DNA of 63,730 nt, counting the filler, from Lama guanicoe (taxonomy: Eukaryota): NCBI GenBank assembly GCA_013239625.1. It is 187 parts of 187 records of this genome, joined end to end, with 100 filler letters (N's around TTAATTAATTAA, not from the genome) between each part and the next. Parts side by side here need not be neighbours in the genome. Positions count along the whole stretch, not along the records: positions 61,779 to 62,020 come from PNXV01046681.1; positions 62,121 to 62,362 come from PNXV01046682.1; positions 62,463 to 62,704 come from PNXV01046683.1; positions 62,805 to 63,046 come from PNXV01046684.1; positions 63,147 to 63,388 come from PNXV01046685.1; positions 63,489 to 63,730 come from PNXV01046686.1; 181 more parts are not named here. The stretch is one strand, 5' to 3'. Shown one piece after another: positions 61,679 through 63,730 of the stretch. The notes below the pieces were generated by a model. That model saw nothing but the letters and a program-made list of their open reading frames with translations. It did not search any database and was not told where the DNA came from. Positions within the stretch are counted from its first letter, which is position 1, and every line of letters starts with the position of its first letter. A program made the position numbers and the translations under genes.

Positions 61679-63730
61679 NNNNNNNNNNNNNNNNNNNNNN
61701 NNNNNNNNNNNNNNNNNNNNNNTTAATTAATTAANNNNNNNNNNNNNNNNNNNNNNNNNNNNNNNNNNNNNNNNNNNNAAAAACAATAGTGTCAATAGTA
61801 TTTCTAATAAGTGTAGCTATATTAAACACAGAGCATGTGTTTAACACTCCCCTTTTATAGTTACGTTTCTTTTGCCAAGCAGATTTTATTTCATCACAGT
61901 TACAAACATGAAGTCTTTCTATTTCAAATTCCGTGACTGCTTATTAATCAATAATTACCATTCATTCTATTTTTGGGACCTATTACTCCCAGATCTGCTG
62001 GAATGCAGTCAGAGCCACTGNNNNNNNNNNNNNNNNNNNNNNNNNNNNNNNNNNNNNNNNNNNNTTAATTAATTAANNNNNNNNNNNNNNNNNNNNNNNN
62101 NNNNNNNNNNNNNNNNNNNNTAACTCTGACTTCTCCTGTGAATTTTGTACCTCAGTGTTTTTCACTCACCTAGCTATGAGGGAAAAGTGGAACTTTAATA
62201 TGACGCATTTCCGTCACAGCCCAAATCATCAAACTGGGTAAAACTAAATAACACTAAAAATATCAAGAAGTGAATAGAGACTTCAGTTCTGAAAACCGAA
62301 TCCCAGATGACACTCTATAAAACTTTATTTCCTGAGATTTAAAAATGGGCTGTTCTTAAAAANNNNNNNNNNNNNNNNNNNNNNNNNNNNNNNNNNNNNN
62401 NNNNNNTTAATTAATTAANNNNNNNNNNNNNNNNNNNNNNNNNNNNNNNNNNNNNNNNNNNNTAAATCAGAAAAATCTTAGAGCTTCACTTGTTCATTTC
62501 TCATCACTCAGTGATCACTGTCAATCACTTTGACATCTAGTGTCTTGAAAATAATTATTTCATATTCTGTTTCTTTGTTTGCCTGGTTTTACAAAAACCT
62601 GTACATGAATATTTGTATCAGTTTTATCCATAATCTCAAATAGCTGGAAACAATCAAAATATCTCTTAATGGAGAAAAGGATAAATGTCATACAGTTTGG
62701 AATANNNNNNNNNNNNNNNNNNNNNNNNNNNNNNNNNNNNNNNNNNNNTTAATTAATTAANNNNNNNNNNNNNNNNNNNNNNNNNNNNNNNNNNNNNNNN
62801 NNNNCTGTGAGTCTGATGTGAAGTCAGTGATGCCTCAGAGGGCTGCACATGCCCCAGTTCCTCTAGCCCTGCCACTCAGGAGTATAAAACATCAAGGGCA
62901 AAGTGAAACAGATAAAAAGATTTGTGGTTTCCTGACCAGACAGGGGTGTTTCCCATTCAGCAGTGTAATGTAAAGAAATGGAAAGGATATTCTAAAGGCA
63001 GCAGTTCAGGCTGAATCTGAAAAATGGACTTTAAGGCATGTAAAGGNNNNNNNNNNNNNNNNNNNNNNNNNNNNNNNNNNNNNNNNNNNNTTAATTAATT
63101 AANNNNNNNNNNNNNNNNNNNNNNNNNNNNNNNNNNNNNNNNNNNNTTGGTTGTAGGTGAGGTAAGAAGTTTAGGGTCTGTGAAGGGCGGTGGGGGTTAT
63201 GGCTCTGATAAGGTGGGCTGAAGCAAGCCAGCCTGAGCTATTGTGAGATTAAGCATTACGTGGGGCTATTAGTTTGTTAGGGCATTTTGAAAATGAGTGG
63301 GCACATTCTGCTGTGCTATGATTAGGTCTCAGTGTTACGGTGAGCTAGGGCTTCTGCCCTGTGAATTTCACTCCTGCTTCTAAGCCCCNNNNNNNNNNNN
63401 NNNNNNNNNNNNNNNNNNNNNNNNNNNNNNNNTTAATTAATTAANNNNNNNNNNNNNNNNNNNNNNNNNNNNNNNNNNNNNNNNNNNNAGGATGTTACTT
63501 GGGGACACTCAAATCTATGCACCATTCATTGAGCATCTGAGCACCAGGAATAGTGCTTAGCACTAGGAATGAAAGTCTTTGCCCTTAAGGAGTTTTCCGG
63601 TTAAAGATGAGAGCAACGCGTCGGGTTTTCACAGAGTAAGCAGGTTCTAGAATGACCAAGCCGAGGGTGGTGAAGGGTGATTGGACTGGCCTAGCAAGTG
63701 AAGCGGCGTGCAGATGACGAAGAGGAACTC

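Overview
This window is not contiguous genomic DNA. It is an artificial pseudo-scaffold of 187 unplaced contigs joined by 186 identical 100-bp linkers (N44-TTAATTAATTAA-N44, a self-complementary 12-mer with stop codons in all six frames). The first 118 contigs are 241 bp and the other 69 are mostly 242 bp, consistent with sorting by length, so adjacency carries no biological meaning. ORF-track entries ending in X...LIN or X...N are linker read-through. The DNA is mammalian and very probably camelid: it has vic-1-type tRNA SINE pieces and a camel-type lysozyme C-terminus. Recognisable coding pieces are a complete LYN SH3 exon (24-129, -), the last exon of a lysozyme c gene (21537-21603, +), an intronless diverged cTAGE5/MIA2-like coiled-coil frame (15689-15925, -) and a dead class I ERV pol fragment. 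The rest is mostly L1/L2/MIR/MaLR/ERV/DNA-transposon fragments, CpG-island pieces (one with an RFX X-box, one with a CLEAR box) and minisatellites. The most unusual repeat is a 42-bp array with a conserved hairpin-forming part and a variable spacer (35124-35364). Three near-duplicate contig pairs share 48-49 identical terminal bases, the signature of de Bruijn graph bubble arms. No multi-gene novel system can be supported from 240-bp unlinked fragments. Repeat-family and protein assignments come from recalled consensus sequences, not database searches.
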